This document shows, one piece after another, positions 1 through 12,229 of a stretch of DNA of 64,000 bases (its first letter is position 1; each line of letters begins with the position of its first letter). A program made the translations under genes and the position numbers. The notes beneath the pieces are model-generated. The model had not been told where the DNA came from. It saw only the letters and a program-made list of their open reading frames with translations, and did not search any database. The stretch lies in assembly GCA_044892525.1 (NCBI GenBank), contig CM097885.1, forward strand, positions 235,786,001-235,850,000, given 5' to 3'. The DNA is from Schmidtea polychroa. Its lineage: Eukaryota.

Positions 1-545
1 GACAAATTTATTAAAAATCCTAAGGATCCATGTTTGAGAAAATCTGGGTGTGGTGTTGTTGAGGTGTGTGAGTCTGATGAGTTAAATAAATTAAATAGTG
101 TGAGCAAGGATGATGAGCCTAAATTTGTGTTAGTATTGCCGTACTCAGAAGGTTTGAAGGATTATAAAGTGAAGATAAGAAAGCAGTTTGGGAATTTAAA
201 CTATAGGATAGTGTCAACTTCATGGAAATTACGCAATATGTTTATTAATAAGTCAAAAACTCCGGTCGAATTGTGTTCCGATCTCGTTTATCAGTTTACA
301 TGTAATGGGTGTAATGCCACATACATTGGAGAGACTTCCAGTCATCTCTGTATTCGAGCTCGAGAACATTGTAGACCGAAGGCCCATATCGGTGAGCACA
401 ATAAGGGCTGCAAGATTAAAATAGGTATGTCTGATTTTAAAATTTTATTAAAAAATTTCGATAATTATTGGGAACGTGTATTTGTGAGGCGTTGTTGATA
501 AAATCATTGAATCCGAAAATTAATGTGCAGAATGCAGTAAATAAG
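1..545 (+). mobile_element. Penelope-like retroelement, 3' end of RT/GIY-YIG endonuclease ORF (frameshifted near the end)
   Basis: ORF 34-498 contains LVYQFTCNGCNATYIGETSSHLCIRAREH...HIGEH, the PLE GIY-YIG signature. The next frame continues EALLIKSLNPKINVQ. Confidence 0.85.
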
Positions 546-780
546 TTTTTAAATAGGTTTTTTTATATTGTATGTATTGATTGTTGTATTAAATTAAATA
601 ATTAATAAAAATTTTTTAAATTATTAAATTAAAATTTAAATGCTAAAATTCAAAAAAATAATATATTAATTTAAGTATAATTTTTTAAAAATAATTAAAT
701 GTTTTTATAAAATAAAAAATTTTTTTATATATAATTAATAAATTTGTTTAAAATCCTTAATTTAATTAGTTATTATATCC

Positions 781-819
781 CACCTGATGATGACAGGAAA
801 ACTGTTGAAATATGTCGTG
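781..819 (+). ncRNA. Minimal type I hammerhead ribozyme (Penelope pLTR-associated), slightly decayed
   Basis: CAC(781-783) CTGATGA(784-790) T GACAG-gaaaa-CTGTT(792-806) GAAA(807-810) TAT-GTC(cleavage after 816) GTG(817-819). It lies about 250 nt downstream of the PLE ORF. Confidence 0.6.
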
Positions 820-1297
820 AAAAGAATGTTTTATTGACGTTATCTTATAGTTCTTATATTTATTCCCCACTTTCCCTGCGTTTAATTTATATTGAATCTG
901 TTATAGGACCTGATAAATCGTGGGGAGGGAGTCCATCAGAATTGAAAATATAACCTTATATGCTTGTAAATATTGTCTTCTACGAGTCATTAGAGAAATC
1001 TGATTTTGGTATTTTTACTCGTAATTTAAATGATAAAAAACAAGAAATATGTTTAATAAAGATGAGAGTACAATTCATATATTTGTTAAGTTTGAAAATA
1101 ATAAAAATAAATCAAACCAATTCTCTATAGTACGATTTGAAGAATCTTACTATAAAGATAAACAATTAAGAAATTAGAAAATTAAAATTGACAAACGAAG
1201 ACAATACTAGCAATGAAATGATACATTTCAATGAATCCAGATTGCCTACATAAGTTGGTCATATATTTCACATTCTGATTTTGACAATATCATACAG

Positions 1298-1649
1298 CAG
1301 GGTTTTTCAATTAGCGACCCGTGAACCTATGCCAAAATTTTAAGGATTTTTTAAATATATGTTTTTGAATTATTAGAATTATAATTATATGAATTTATAT
1401 CTATAATATATATATTTTTTCATTTTTTCTTATTTGTCATATTGAATAAATTTTATAATTTACAATGTAAATTTTTAATTCACTTTTAAAAGCTTACAAA
1501 ATACACCGTTGCACATGTATAATTTAAAAAAATTTATTAAATCTGCTCATCTGTCCACTTCCCCAAACCACTCCTCCGGGCATCTTACCCGCTAACATCT
1601 CCAGATTGCTCTAGGTTGGCTCTTGACTAAATCTAATTGAATAGCCCTG
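1298..1649. mobile_element. hAT MITE (352 bp)
   Basis: TIRs CAGGGTTTTTCAATT / CAGGGCTATTCAATT (reverse complement). Perfect 8-bp TSD TCATACAG at 1290-1297 and 1650-1657. Confidence 0.9.
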
Positions 1650-2643
1650 TCATACAGTGATTATAGTTTCATTTTTGTTATATTTTGTTGTATTTTATAT
1701 AAGACAAACACCCACATAAGAACATATAAAAGCATTTTACATACACAAACACCCCAATTGTCGCGATACATTTTTTAAAGAATATTTTGATTTTACCTCA
1801 AATCCTGACATCAATTAATTACAGTTCCAATAATCATGAAAAGAATCATTCATCTTCATAACATAACTAAGATCATATTATTTCATTGTTTACTTTTGCA
1901 TCAGTATTCAGATCTTCATAAAGAAATTAGTGAACAATGTCCCATCGTTCCTAAAGATACATTCACATACACCCGACGGGAATTGCATGAATGTTTAATG
2001 AAAGCGATTCTTAAAGGAGTTCATTTGAAGAAAGTGCACAAGGAAAAATCCATTCATACTGAAAATAACAGCATAAAGGTTTACTTTTAAGTTTATATAT
2101 ACATATATTTTGAAAGGTTTACAGATACTTTTAGGGAATTATAATGTTGAAATGACTAAAATTAATTTTATACAGAATAAGAGATAATCTTTGTTTGCTT
2201 CATTCTTAAAATAATTATTAAACTAATTATAAGGGAAAATATCAACTCCTCACCTTACCGATCTAATTGTTGTGGAGATTGCACAATATTAATAAATAAA
2301 TAAATAATTAAATCAAAATATTTCAAGTAATGGCAATAAACTGATGCTACTGTTAAAACAAATGTAATAAATAATTTTCAATTGAAGAGGATCTTTTAAA
2401 TGTTAAAACACAAAAGATCAAATTATTAATTCATTAAAAATTGTTTACGTCATTAATCGTCGCGATTTGAAAAACCAAATTCATCATTTGACAAGAAAGA
2501 AATCAGTGAGAATTACTAGGCGCTATTTTATATATTAATCGTAAAGTTTTACATTTTTGACGGTATATGTACTCAAAGGTTTTGTCATGTGGGCGCTATT
2601 TGTGTTGTTTACAGTGACTTGACAATATCTTCTCAGTCAAAAA

Positions 2644-3200
2644 ATGGAATTAGTTCGTAGGAATATTTGTTCAATCATTTACTACGACTTTCGATTTGGA
2701 TTATCTCAAAAACAGTGCATAGATCAACTCACTTCAACTTTTGGCAATGAAGCACCATCAAAAATCACTAAATATTATTGGGTTATTGACTACAGTGGTG
2801 GACGTCGTTCCTTCAAGGACGAATATAAAGAAGGTCGATCAAAATCGGCTGCTGTGTCAGAAAACGTTGATGCTTTGCGCGAATTGATCATGCAAGATTG
2901 TCATGTAACATACCATGAAATCGAACCATCCTTGGACATTAATATGACAAGAATATACTACAAGAATATTTGTTCATGTTGCATTCTGCATGATTTCAAA
3001 ATTGCTCAAAATTGATTTGTATCGATTAGTGCAGAAATTCTTAAAAAATAAAATCGTAGTGCGTCAAATGCTGTGTATAGTATCTACACATTTGATGATT
3101 CTAAGATCTATGCGTATGAATTCGAGAGTAAGCAGCAGTTGACTGTATGAGTCAAGATGAGTCAAGCCCAACAAAATATATATCTATCACCTCAAAATAA
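2644..3200 (+). mobile_element. mariner transposase remnant (HTH region plus decayed first-D region)
   Basis: MELVRRNICSIIYYDFRFGLSQKQCIDQLTSTFGNEAPS...KEGRSKSA...ALRELIMQDCHVTYHEI, followed by a decayed DSKIYAYEFESKQQ (compare GDESWIYAYEPETKQQS). Confidence 0.85.
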
Positions 3201-3204
3201 CTTC

Positions 3205-3207
<3 letters not shown>

Positions 3208-3280
<73 letters not shown>
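3208..3280. repeat. (TA)n microsatellite
   Basis: Pure TA run joining the mariner and gypsy fragments. Confidence 0.99.
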
Positions 3281-3282
<2 letters not shown>

Positions 3283-4020
3283 ATCATACACTGTACACAT
3301 GTTGCGCATGTTTTCCTGGATAGCATATCCGCGTTTGTATGGCTTGTCCCTTTCCTGTATTCCATTTTAATATCCAGACTGCTTAAATAGTTGACCCATG
3401 TCTGAAATTGGGCAGTTATTGGTTTCTTCGTTGTTACCATAAACGTAATAGCTAGTATAGTCCGTTCTCAGTGAGAATCTTTTACCATATAAGTAATTGT
3501 TGAAATTTTTACAAAAATAGTATATTGCCAATAATTCTTTCTTGGCAATGCAGTATCCTTTTTCGTGGCTGCTCATCGCATGTGAACCATATGCAATGAC
3601 AAGTTCATGTCCTTTTTCGTCCTTTTGCGAAAGAGCTACTCCAATAGTATCGAAGCTTGCGTCTAATATAAATTCTTTTCTGAAGTCTGGAAATACAAAT
3701 ACTGGGGCGGTTACCAATGTTTCTTTCATTTCCCCGAAAGCCTTTTCACACATCTCTGTCCATCTTATTTTCTCATTGTTTTTTCCGTATGTGCTTTCTA
3801 GAGCTCTTGCCTTCTTTGTATAATCTTTTATGAACCGTCGATAATAGTTACAGATACCCAAAAAGCTCCTCAGATTCTTTACACATTTTGGCTTTTGAAA
3901 TGATTGTATTGTTGGTTACTTAGGGGTGTGTCATTTTAAATTTTAGATACGTTAGGGGTAAACATATATTTTCGCTCGACTCTTTCCTAAGCACCTCCAT
4001 GACTATTGTACTTTAACCAT

Positions 4021-4160
4021 TTGTGTACCCATGGCGACGACCATGTTGGTACTGTATACAAAGGCGAAAAAAACAATGAGCAGGTGAGCTCTATTGCTAA
4101 AACTACTCCCCATTGTATTTTCTCTTCGGGTTCTAGACGGCCGATAGAAGGTCTTACGCC
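4021..4160 (-). other. Conserved structured motif of long LTRs, copy 1
   Basis: Alignable to 51343-51480, with compensatory stem changes (CATGG/CCATG vs CGTGG/CCACG). Confidence 0.6.
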
Positions 4161-5010
4161 ATTAGTCATTTTCTATTTCTACTTTCCACTTTTCTATTTT
4201 ATTCAGCTATGGTCCTCATTTCAATATGTTTCCTATTGTTCTTTTTTCAAAATTTTGTGCAGGGAAGCGCCCTTATTTTTCTGTAATTATAATTATGTGT
4301 TTTCTATAATACTTGTCGACAATTTATTTTCTAACCGATAAATGTCGTTCCATATTCTCGGCGGTTCTTGTGAAAAATGTAACCCAGTTCTTTCAAAAAT
4401 TTGAGTAGGCGTCTGCCTGTATTTCTAACCCTACACTATCGGATATCTTAACTATTCGTGGTTTCTATAAAATTACCTAAACCTACTTCATCTACCGACA
4501 ACTGGTCCTAACTATCCTAGTATTTCTCCTAACTCAGTGATATCTCTGAAATTAAAAGTGACGGAGCCATCCTATACTATCTAAACCTAAACAAGGCCAT
4601 AAACTGTCTTAAAATGACTTTACGCTCTCCATTCGTTCTTATCACTATCTATATCCTCTAATCCGATGGACCAAACTGACGAAACATCGGCTGACCAACG
4701 ACATGAATGTCATCAGTTCGCAAGTATTCCGCTGAATCTAGAGCATCGACACATAAATTTCATAAAAAACCAACCTACATTATAATATTATCCAAAAAAG
4801 ACAAAAATAGCATAAACAAAACACAAGAATTAATTAAAAACAAATCCAATGAAAAATTTTATTCAATCCTACAAATTACGTTTTACATCATATAAATAAA
4901 ATGAACAGACACAAAATTAGCCAAACAAATTCAATTACTAAATCCTAAAAATTACATATTATTTCATATAAATTTATCATTAATATAAAATTAACAAAAA
5001 TCAAATTTAC

Positions 5011-5131
5011 CTCACTACGCATGCATAAACTGACAATCGAGAGCTACGGGATTTGAATTGTCTACTGTAGCGATTTTCAGTTAACCAGCTGAGCGTGACC
5101 AAAAAAATGAAATTTCACTCAGTATTTATAC
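5011..5131 (-). promoter_or_regulatory. Putative LTR promoter: TATA box, short first exon and splice donor
   Basis: Minus strand TATAAATA at 5130-5123; donor GAG|GTAAAT at 5011/5010. Same layout as 55277-55217. Confidence 0.45.
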
Positions 5132-8100
5132 TGATTGAATTATACGCCTACGCATTCTCTGCTACTATATCCAATAAATGCGAGGCAATTCTGATTAATT
5201 TTTGCATGCATGCATGAATGTGTGCAATTGTTTATTTTTTAATTTAATTAATCAAAATTCTAATTTGTATAAATTCTATAATTTAAATAGTTTTTGCTAA
5301 TTTTAATTTAGTTTTACAAGTTTTATAATTTAAATAAGTTTAGTTATTTTTATTTTAGTTTCATTGATTTAAACAATTTGGTTTTATAAATTTTTATAAT
5401 TTATCTAATTTTATCACTTTTATTCTACTTTTTATCATTTTACCAGTTTACTAGATAATTTATTTTAAATTTTAAATTTATTTATTTAGAAATTTTTCAT
5501 ATTAATAATTAATTTATTACCCATTATTTTATTTATTATTATTTTATTTTTTAGTTGTTAGCTATTCCGAATGCGATGTTTCTCCTAATTGTGTTAGTGA
5601 TCGTGACTTTTTTTTGCGTCCTTTATTTTATTACCCGGGTCTTATTTATCATCAATGTGTTATGTACTTTAACTTGTATTGATTGGTGTTTTAATTTAAC
5701 TTGGTGCGATTTTTATGTTATATATTTTTGATTCAAGCTCTCGATTCTCGGTTCTAGCCCAACAGTATTGCTTCTATCTTAGTATGATCTGTTTGTATGC
5801 CGTCTTTATTTATTGTGTCCCAGAAAATTCACTTCTTTCCTATATATTTGACATTTTTCGGGGTTCTATCTTAGTCCTGCTGTTGAGATCTTCCTTAGAA
5901 CTCTTCCAAATATGTTATAGTGTTCTTCTTTTGGCTTTGTGAATATTAGTATGTCGTCTAAATATACCATCACTCCATCTTTCCAGAAAAACATTGATGT
6001 TTATTTTACCCATAGTTTCCTATCTACTGTTGTTTGCACATCTTAGCTATTCACTTGTTTCTATTATCTCGATATTTTCTAATCGATCAATTACTGATTT
6101 AGCCATCACATTAATTCTTGCACCTGTATCCAATAAACAATCTATTTCCCGCCATTAGATATTCAGTGTTGTACTGGGTCTACCTTGCATTATATTATAT
6201 ATTATTACTGGTCTTTTTTGTTCTTCTACTGACAAAATATTCTGCTCTCTAGTATCTTCTATAATTTCATTAATACATACGTCTCCATTTTCCTTGAGAA
6301 ATTTGTAAATTTTCTCTATAATTCTTCCATCATGTTTTACTAATTCATCTACTTTACATTCTTTTATTTTTTTCAGAATTTCCTTCTCATTCGTCTTTTT
6401 GGTTTTTACACTACAACTATTATTAATAATATTATTATCATATATATTTGGTTTATTTATTTTACCACTATTATTTATATCACGTTCACAAACACTACAG
6501 TATTTATCAATCATATAATCATCATACATACATAAAATACACATACCCTTATCATTCATTCTTTGGTTGAAATCAAAATTACTTAGTAGATTGTTCCGAT
6601 CAATGTCCTGTTTGACGGATCGTGCGCGTTTGGGTCATCCTATTTGTTATACTTGTCTGGCTGGCTTGGATGTTTTGCATTTATCATCTCATCATCAGAC
6701 TCGATAGCTACAATATCTCTTCTGTTATATTGTTGGTTTCCCATTGTCTTTGATGTACGCTCCTTGGTTGATACATATCTTTTCTTTGTTGATAAGTATT
6801 TCTTTGAATTCTTCCACCTGGCATCTTCCTTTGGTCTCGATCTCTTCCTTAATTTCGTCTTTCAATATTTATGTAGCACTCTCTTTCTTTGTGTCCTCGT
6901 GCATTACATCTATGACATTTGACTGTTGGACATTCTCTTCGTATGTGACCTTCAACACCACATGCATAACATTGAAATCTCCTTTTCATATTACATTCTC
7001 TGCTACTGTGTCCCGGTTTTTGACACGTCCAGCATTCTATAATTTTATCCATTGTCTCTGGTTTAAATTCGTTGATTTTTCTCTTCGTGGCTCCTACTTG
7101 TACCACATCTCTATAAGTTCTTTCCCCAGTATTAGGTAGTATTGATCTCAGTGTTTACTTGTTCAATGACCTTGTTAACTTTTTCTATCTTTACAGTTTC
7201 TTTAATCTGTTCCGCCGTCATGAGATCTTTCATTTCAATTTCTTTTCTGATTTCTTTATCTTTTATGCAATGTGTCAGTAAACATTTCTGAATTTCCTTC
7301 TCATTACAAGTGTGTGAGGCCAATTTTTTCGTCATTTTTAATATTTTCCTATAAATAATTCCACTGATTCGTTACCTTGATCGTAGTTCAAGGCTGCTCT
7401 TAAGTCATCAATCAATGACGTTAGTAGAAGAAAAGCTGTTCTTAATTTCTGTTCCACAGTTTTACCTTCTGCGGCTTAATATTCTTCGATCAAAGTCCTG
7501 TTAAGAAGTGTAATGATTAGTACCATTTGAGTATTTACTGGTGTCTTCGTTATTTCGAACCTCTGACATTTTTTGATAAATAATTCGGGATCATCTCCTT
7601 TGTGGAATTTTTCTGGAAGTAATCTTCCAATAAGCAGATCCGTTGGCGTGGTCGCCATGTTAGAATCTATAACATTCAATTCTTCTGTCATCAAATAAAT
7701 TACTAAGACTAAATATTTCATTAAATCTGCTTATATAAACAAATATTCTTGGGACATTTTCTTTTTATAAATTTTAATTTCAACCAAATATCAACATACC
7801 GCATTCATACTTGAATTGCAATTTTATTAAAAATTATTTTATTTCAAAATTAAAATTAAAATATTCATTTTAATTCTAATATATTTCAAATAATTTAAGT
7901 GTCACTTTTAATTTTACAGAATTTAATCATGAAATAAATTTAATTTAACATTTTAATTTTAACTCCTCACAATGTAAGTAGTGAATTGTATCATGTAGTT
8001 ATAAGCGTGAAATATATTTAATTGTTGATAGAAAATATCCAATTTATATAAGGGAAAATAAAAAACGGATCAATATTCATAATTTTGAAGAATTTCAAAA

Positions 8101-8201
8101 GAAAATATATAATTAATAATAATGGTTATTATAAATTTAAATAATATTAAGAATATAGATAATTATATAATATTAACAGTAAATGTCAATAATATATAAT
8201 C

Positions 8202-8386
8202 AAAGAGATTTTGAAGACTATAAATTAGTAATATATCGATCTTTGTTGATACTCACGAATTTTCGGCACTGCCTTTTTCAAGTGAATTCAAGAGAAAATT
8301 CACTTGAAAAAGGCAGTGCCTGAAATTCGTGAGTATCAACAAACATCGATATATTACTGATTTATAGTCTTCTTCAAACTCTCTTT
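8202..8386. repeat. Long near-perfect hairpin (palindromic dispersed repeat)
   Basis: Arms 8213-8288 and 8297-8372 match at 72/76 positions around an 8-nt loop. Relatives at 37012-37132 and ~39820-39860. Confidence 0.9.
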
Positions 8387-8837
8387 TTAATAAATTCAAT
8401 GGAAAAAATAATCAGTGGTGAAATTGGAAGAAATAAAAGTTCTTATAATAATAAAGAAATTAATTTTTTATATCCATTTAAAATTCAGTCAGTTCGTCCA
8501 AATTTCTTATCTAAAAGAAGTAGATTTTTCATGTTAATCTCAAAGAGACTTTAATCTTTCAACAGACACAAACGTTGATCACCAATTTTTACATTCAAAC
8601 ATAGCGAGCACAAGAACTATAACAAAATAACTATAACACAAGAATAATAACATAACAAGCACTTGTTTAGAAGTATTTACGAAAAACGATTTAAGCATCA
8701 TTGAAATTGCAGTTTTCATTTGGTAAATATTTTTATTCAATAAATCTTTATTATGGTTATATTATGCTTATATTATGGAAATATACAGACTTATCTGCGT
8801 GTTTATTGTTATTATTACACGAAATAATATAATTTTA

Positions 8838-9153
8838 CCTTTTCGCGCCGAAGACCGTATATTGCCGTAAACAAATCGTGACAAATAGTCGAAGACCGTA
8901 TTTATCCGATTTCTTTATATTTAAGCGAATAATGCTGGACGCTTCCGTTTTATGTGTTAGATATGTTTATTTGTGTTTATATGCAAGTTTAAACTTGTCT
9001 GTTATTTTATTTGTCATGTATGAATCTGGCAGTAGTAGTTCTTATTTCCTAGTGGACACACTAACGTTTGCATACTTGATAACTATCGAAGTTTATAGAA
9101 AAATGTCCATTTCATAGACATAGTTGATATGAAAATAGCAAGTCGTGAACAGG
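8838..9153. mobile_element. Possible degenerate piggyBac-type MITE
   Basis: Ends CCTTTTCGCGCC / CCTGTTCACGAC (reverse complement), flanks TTTA/TTAA, internal repeat GAAGACCGTAT twice. Confidence 0.35.
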
Positions 9154-9849
9154 TTAATATAGATATTAAGAAAGTGGTCGAAAAAATAAATTTTACACAA
9201 CACAATAAAAAATGCATATATACTTTCGGTATATATAACCGTTGTATGGAATAATCTAATTTTAATTTAATATATTTTAAAATATAAGGCAGATAAATAA
9301 TTAAAATTTAATGCCGAAAATTCTTATTAAAATATAAAGAACATAAAAATATAAAATGATAAAAACCAATTTCATTTTAGAAAGTTATTATAAATATCAA
9401 AAAGTTCATTTAACTCTATAATTTACAAATTTGAAGACATAAATTTAAAACTCCTAACTATAAAACTAGTAATGTTTATGTTTATTTTCTTTTGTTTTCT
9501 ACCAGACACAAACTAAACTAGATAGCAACACATGTTTTTGATTCTAACTTTATAAAAGTTATATTAATATGCCACACTTGCAGAGCAGATTAGCGCGTTT
9601 TTTATTTAGTATAGATATATATCTTAACTTTAAGCGATAGCTAAATTTAGGACTTACAATTTAAAGTGAAAAACGAACCACTTAACAGCAACATATAAAT
9701 ATATAGGATATGTAATATTTTTCTTAGTTAAAACTACTAACTTAGTAGGCAAATAATAAAAAATTAAATTTTCCATTATTTTTGTTATTTATGAAACATT
9801 AATTTTTTAAATATCATAATTCCCAAATTTTTTCCACTTTAAATATTTC

Positions 9850-10575
9850 TTTAAATATCTCTTAGAGGAATACATAGCTCATTAATATAGCCAGAGAAAA
9901 TATCTGCATTGACAGTGGAATGAGAGATTGTTTTACAATATAACATCCCACTAAAGGACATGGTCGCAATTTGCAAAATTGAACGTCCCCGAATAGTTGC
10001 GATTTGTACATTGCTGCGAGTTCCTTGTTTAGATCTTGAGTAATATCTTTTAAGATGCAAATTAAATGAAGAATCATCAATGAATATGGCATTGGACATT
10101 TCATTATTGAAATAGTTATTGAACCAGAGAGCATATTCTTTTCGTGCCAAGATTTTTCTGGCATATTGACTCTATCCAATTCTCGATGAGACAATTTCGT
10201 AGTTATTTTTAAATTTTTTAAGGCTCTATTGATTGTCGGAATTGAAATGGAAAAACCATTGCCCTCCTGTTCAAGGATTGCTTTAATCTCTTTTAATGTA
10301 TATTGAGGATTGATGGAGACGATGTTATCAATTTTTACTTGTATTCTTTCCGTAAAAACTGTTTTCTTACTTCCACCCATTTTAGTATGAACGATCACTG
10401 AAGGTGCGGAACTATGGTTAATTTGCAACAGTTCTGGTGCTTCTTTTGTTGTTTTTCCTTGTCTATGAACCATATATATGAAATTCTTCCAGGTTTCGTT
10501 TGAAAGTTTAGTATATTTAACTCTTGGTCTTGAACTATTTGCTGAATTGCTATTGGCTTCGGATATATCCATGGA
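9850..10575 (-). mobile_element. IS630/Tc1-type transposase remnant (frameshifted)
   Basis: HTH-like ...YTLKEIKAILEQEGNGFSISIPTINRALKNLKIT; shifted frame gives AIFIDDSSFNLHLKRYYSRSKQGTR (first-D motif). Confidence 0.8.
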
Positions 10576-11570
10576 TCCAAAGTGGAGAAGTTGAAGCTTA
10601 CGCATTATCCCAAAAAGAATTATGTAGTTCATTGGAGACTTCTCCAGCTTTATCTAAATATTGGGGTAAAAGTCAATAAAATTCATCGCTCTATACAATT
10701 CGAACAATCATCAATATTTAAAAATTATATAGACACTAACACACAACTTAGGGCTTCATCAACAAACACACTAGATAAAAATTCTTTTAAATTATTAAAC
10801 AACAGTAAGTACGGTAAGACTATCGAAAACCTAAAGAAACGAATTAATTGAAGACTTTGTAATTCAGCCCAAAAAGTTTTAACATATTGTTCTAAACCTA
10901 ATTTCATTAAGGATTACTAAAAACGATGACGATTTAATATCTGTTCTATTAAGAAAAGATTTAATATGTTTAAACAGACCAAGGTATATTGGTCAATCAG
11001 TTTTAGATTTATCAAAACTTCGTATGTACCAACTTCAGTACATTGATTTAGAAAAATATCGTCTAGAATTTAATTGTAAAATTAATATAATTGCTGGGGA
11101 TATTGGTTCCTTTTTCTTGGAAATTTAAAATTGCAAATTTAATGCTCTTTTACCAGCAATGATAAGGAATAATTTATTAGATACCTCTAATTATACGTCA
11201 ACGCATTCATTATATTAAAAAGACCTTGACTCTGTAATAGGGAAATTTAAAGATGAGAGCAACGGTCTTGGATATGACGAATGAATATTTTTAAGACCTA
11301 GATGTTCCCCAATTTAGAATAACGAGTAAAACCATCAACTTTTTACTATTAAAAATAATAAGACGGCTCTGACTAATGCTGACGATAAGCGCAATTGGGT
11401 ACTTAAAAATAAAAGTTATGCGCATGGTCATTATAGAAGGGGTGGTATGGTTCTGGCTGGTGATTCTGACGAAAAAATGTTACTACCCATAGACGATGAA
11501 GATTTGTTATATCGTCCTCATTTTCCGAATGATGTTGATGATCGTTATCAATTAATAAATTTTATGATAT
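10575..11570 (+). mobile_element. Polinton/Maverick protein-primed DNA polymerase B fragment (pseudogene)
   Basis: KNYVVHWRLLQLYL...FKLLNNSKYGKTIENLKKR; downstream YIGQSVLDLSKLRMY, a decayed DTDS region, IGKFKDE and DDKR motifs, with stops and frameshifts. Confidence 0.85.
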
Positions 11571-12229
11571 AAAAGATTTTGTCTTTTCAAAAATAAGTTA
11601 GTTTAAAAATTTATTAAAATTTTAATGAGAAATTTGTGCATAATAATCATCACTTAACGTTTGGAATTTAAACATAATATTTCATAAAATTCATCACATT
11701 TCCTTTGCAATGGTTAAAAATTTATTATTTTAAATTTTTGGATTTCATTATCATATTTTATAAACAATAAAATTAGTTCATTCAGAAAGCAATTGATGAT
11801 ATTATTAATGCAAGATTAATTCGTGAAGTTAATGACGACGATAAAGACGATCAAGGTTCTTTCGAGAGTTGGGATTCAGCAGATTAATCAGATAGAATAA
11901 TAATACATTTAGTACAATTGCATTCAATGAATTTTTATATTTAAAATATTAAGTATTACAAATATCGTGGTATTATTAGTTAAAAAATATTTTTATTCAT
12001 CTGGAGCAAGTCACAGAATTAGTTGGATCCATGTCATATTCTGAATGCATTCCAATTGCCTTTACCATTATTTAAAGTATTACACGTGAAAGGCTGTAGT
12101 GTGGAAAGATGTTGACATGTAACTTAAATTTAAAAATGAAGACTTATTCGTGAAATATAAAAATCATAACAGCAAGAATAAATTCTTTGAAACCATTAAA
12201 TGATCTCGATAAATTTGAAAAACGTCATT

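Larger units (their letters stand above)
3910..5764 (-). mobile_element. Solo LTR (1855 bp) inserted in the gypsy RT
   Basis: Termini TGTTGG...CCAACA with 4-bp TSD GTAT (3906-3909, 5765-5768). Removing it restores the RT reading KIEAIQSFQKPK. Confidence 0.87.
3281..7721 (-). mobile_element. Decayed Ty3/gypsy LTR retrotransposon (gag-PR-RT-RH), interrupted by a solo LTR
   Basis: gag N-terminus LPEKFHKGDDPELFIKKCQRF (7476-7721); three CCHC knuckles (6849-7106); protease CLLDTGARINV (~6100-6150); RT VMVYLDDILIF (~5950); RT/RH LGICNYYRRFIKDY...DASFDTIG...KELLAIYY (3367-3905). Confidence 0.92.

Noticed and set aside
3157-3440. ORFs with YIYIYI runs (also 14169-14629)
   Set aside because: These are translations of (TA)n microsatellites; only the flanking gypsy parts are meaningful.
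4006-4341. 111-aa plus-strand ORF and overlapping 60-aa minus ORF in the solo LTR
   Set aside because: Not conserved in the homologous segment of the second LTR; conservation there follows base-pairing rather than codons.
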